Below are positions 61,639 to 64,000 of a stretch of 64,000 bases of DNA, piece by piece. Source of the DNA: Takakia lepidozioides (lineage: Eukaryota; Plantae; Bryophyta); assembly GCA_030704615.1 (NCBI GenBank), contig CM060733.1, positions 16,430,001 through 16,494,000 of the forward strand, written 5' to 3'. The stretch's first letter is position 1. Each line of letters begins with the position of its first letter. Under the pieces are notes generated by a model. That model made no database searches. It was not told the DNA's origin and worked only from the letters and a program-made list of their open reading frames with translations. The translations under genes and the position numbers were made by a program.

Positions 61639-64000
61639 GCACGGGAAGGATTGTCTATATCAGTGGCGGTTCTTATCATTCGGGCTTAAGAACGCTCCTG
61701 TAGAGTTCCAGAGAGTCATGGACAGGATTCTAGCAGGGGTGGACTTTTCTCGGTGCTACATAGATGACATCATCATCTTTAGTGCTACGGTGGAGGAGCA
61801 CAAGAGACACCTTCAGGTGGTGTTTGAGCGCTTGAGGGCGCACGGATTGAAATTACATTCGGGTAAGTACAAGTTTTCCACAACCAGATTGAGTATCTGG
61901 GCCACATGATATATCCTGGAGGATTGGGGGTACAGCAGACTAAGGTAGAGGCCATCGCACAGATTCCAAACCCCATGGATGTGAGCCGAGTTCGAGCTTT
62001 CATGGGGTTGACAAACTATTATAGACGGTTTGTTAAGGGATTTAGTGCTATTGCAAAGGCTCTAACCAAAATGACCAAGGTAGAGTAGGAGTGGCAGTGG
62101 GAAGATGAGCAAGAGCAAGCTTTTCAGGAGCTCAAGGCAAGGTTGACCTCGGCGCCCATCTTGAGACGACCTATCAGGGGGCGCCCTTTTCAGCTGCATA
62201 TGGATTGGAGTATGTTGGGGCTTGGAGTGGTGCTCACACAGGTGGATGATGAGGGACGGGAGTTCGTAGTGGCTTATGCTAGCCGCTCGAACAACGTTGC
62301 AATGTCTAAGTATAGCTCATATGAGGGGGAGTGCTTAGCTGCAGTGTGGGCCGTGACACACTTCAGGTGCTATCTATACGGCAATCTCTTCTCCCTTATC
62401 ACGGATCACCAGCCACTCAAGTGGTTGATGAAGTCAGATAAGCTTACGGGGAAGCTTGCACGGTGGGCACTTATACTCCAGGAATATGACTTTCAGGTTT
62501 TGCATCGACCGGGTTTGGTCAATAGGGATGCAGATGGATTGAGTCGCAATCCATGCACGAGCCAACATGATGACACTGGAGCTCGGTGGCATGGTGAGAC
62601 GGACGAGGAGATGGTGTCGGGATGGCATGCATCTGCCTTTTTGTATATCTTGGCATCGGGAGGTCAGGTTGGACCTACAACATGGCTAACTGTAGACGGA
62701 GTGTTTGAGGACCCTGACGCTAGTGATGAGCCAGGTGGTGCCAGAGATATACATGAGGATTCGGTTGTGTTGGACTACCTCCGCACTGGAGACACGGCAG
62801 CTAGTGTGACTGCCAAAGAGAGGGATCGGATCCTGCAACAAGCCAAGAGGTTCAAGTGGGAGGGGATACACCTGCTTCGAGTGTGGGAGGATGGTCGGGT
62901 GAGGATTGTGCCTCACCCCACACAACGTGCACGGTTAGTGCGGCATGCCCATGAGGAGTTGGGGCATTTTGGAGTACGACGCACTCACAGTCCACTACAG
63001 GGGCAGTATTGGTGGCGTGGTATGCACACAGAGGTGCAATAGTTCGTGGCTAGGTGCATGGTGTGTGACAGGGTGCGGGCTTTATTCAACGCCCCTACAC
63101 CACAGTTGTATCATTTACCCATCATGGGATTGGGCTATAGGTGGAGTCTTGACTTCGCAGGACCATTGCCACTGACGATGCGCCATCACATATATGTGTT
63201 GGTGATGGTGGAGCACTTCTCCAAGTGGATTGAGTTGGTTCCATTGCCTGATAAGGCTAGTGAGGGAGCTGTGTATGCATTCTTGGATCGTGTGTTTAGC
63301 CGATTTGGTGCTCCGACTGAGGTACTCACGGACCAAGGGAGAGAGTTCTTGGGGGAGTTTCAGGCTTTGTGTGATAAAGCCTTGATAGACCACTGTACCA
63401 CTTCTCGGGATCATCCTGAGGCCGATGGCTTGGCAGAGAGAGCGGTACAGACCGTGAAGAGGGGGTTGCGCAAGTATGGTTTGCAAAAATGACACCTGGG
63501 AGATTGAGATCTTCAGGTACCTTGGTTAGCCATGGGCTACAGGTTTAGCAAGCAAGCATCACTTGCCTCCTTCTCACCATGTTTCCTTCTCTTTGGCCGA
63601 GAGCCGGATTTGCCTGCATCTATTCGCAGGGAGGCTGCAGTAGTCCTCAACCTTGATGATCCGGATGTATGGACACAAGCATGTGCCGAGCGGACAGAGT
63701 TGTTCAAGAGAGTCATGCCTATGGCTTTTGAGACCCTTGCTATTACCCAACACCGAGACACATTGAGGTATGTCACTATACGTGGAGGGGGATATCGGCC
63801 AGGTGTTCGGCGTTTCCACCCTGGGGACTATGTGTATCTGCAGCAGACAACGCATACGACCTTGGATGTCACAGCAGGACGTGTGATTCTAAGGTTCAGG
63901 GAGGTGTTGCCTTCAGGATTGTTGATCCTAGAGGGTCGAGATGGCATGGTATGGAATGACCATGTGCGCAATTGTGCGCCATGTCACCTTTCACATGTGG
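61304..64000 (+). mobile_element. Ty3/Gypsy pol pseudogene copy 2 (DNMT fragment-RT-RNaseH-integrase), runs off the window
   Basis: 61639-64000 is colinear with the reverse complement of ~30790-33137 (YIDD, LHMDWS, HHCC, DDE). Multiple stops. Confidence 0.93.

Overview
Eukaryotic genomic DNA from a land plant, most likely a bryophyte or lycophyte (inferred from gene content, GT-AG introns of roughly 0.1-1.3 kb and the transposon families; the species cannot be determined). The left half holds three + strand intron-containing host genes: an Enhancer-of-polycomb-like (EPL1/EPC) gene (4699-10753, 12 exons, ~498 aa), TMEM147 (11282-14397, 7 exons, 228 aa) and a WSD1-type wax ester synthase/DGAT (20291-25394). 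They are interspersed with non-autonomous Helitrons, hAT/DUF659 relics, a 50-bp-period palindrome array, a Harbinger-type MITE and a LINE tail. The right half (29.6-64 kb) is a nest of degraded transposons. It contains two divergently oriented copies of one Ty3/Gypsy family, a GHTHEDID-type DDE transposase region with an FCP1-homology gene and a dispersed palindrome, and a ~10.6-kb CACTA element with divergent TnpD/TnpA-like genes. The most notable signal is that the Gypsy family carries chromatin machinery. Copy 1 has a PHD finger fused to the integrase C-terminus, and copy 2 has a C5 cytosine DNA methyltransferase catalytic core (PCQ and ENV motifs) in frame with RT. Exon boundaries and family calls come from manual reading and remembered motifs, not from database searches.
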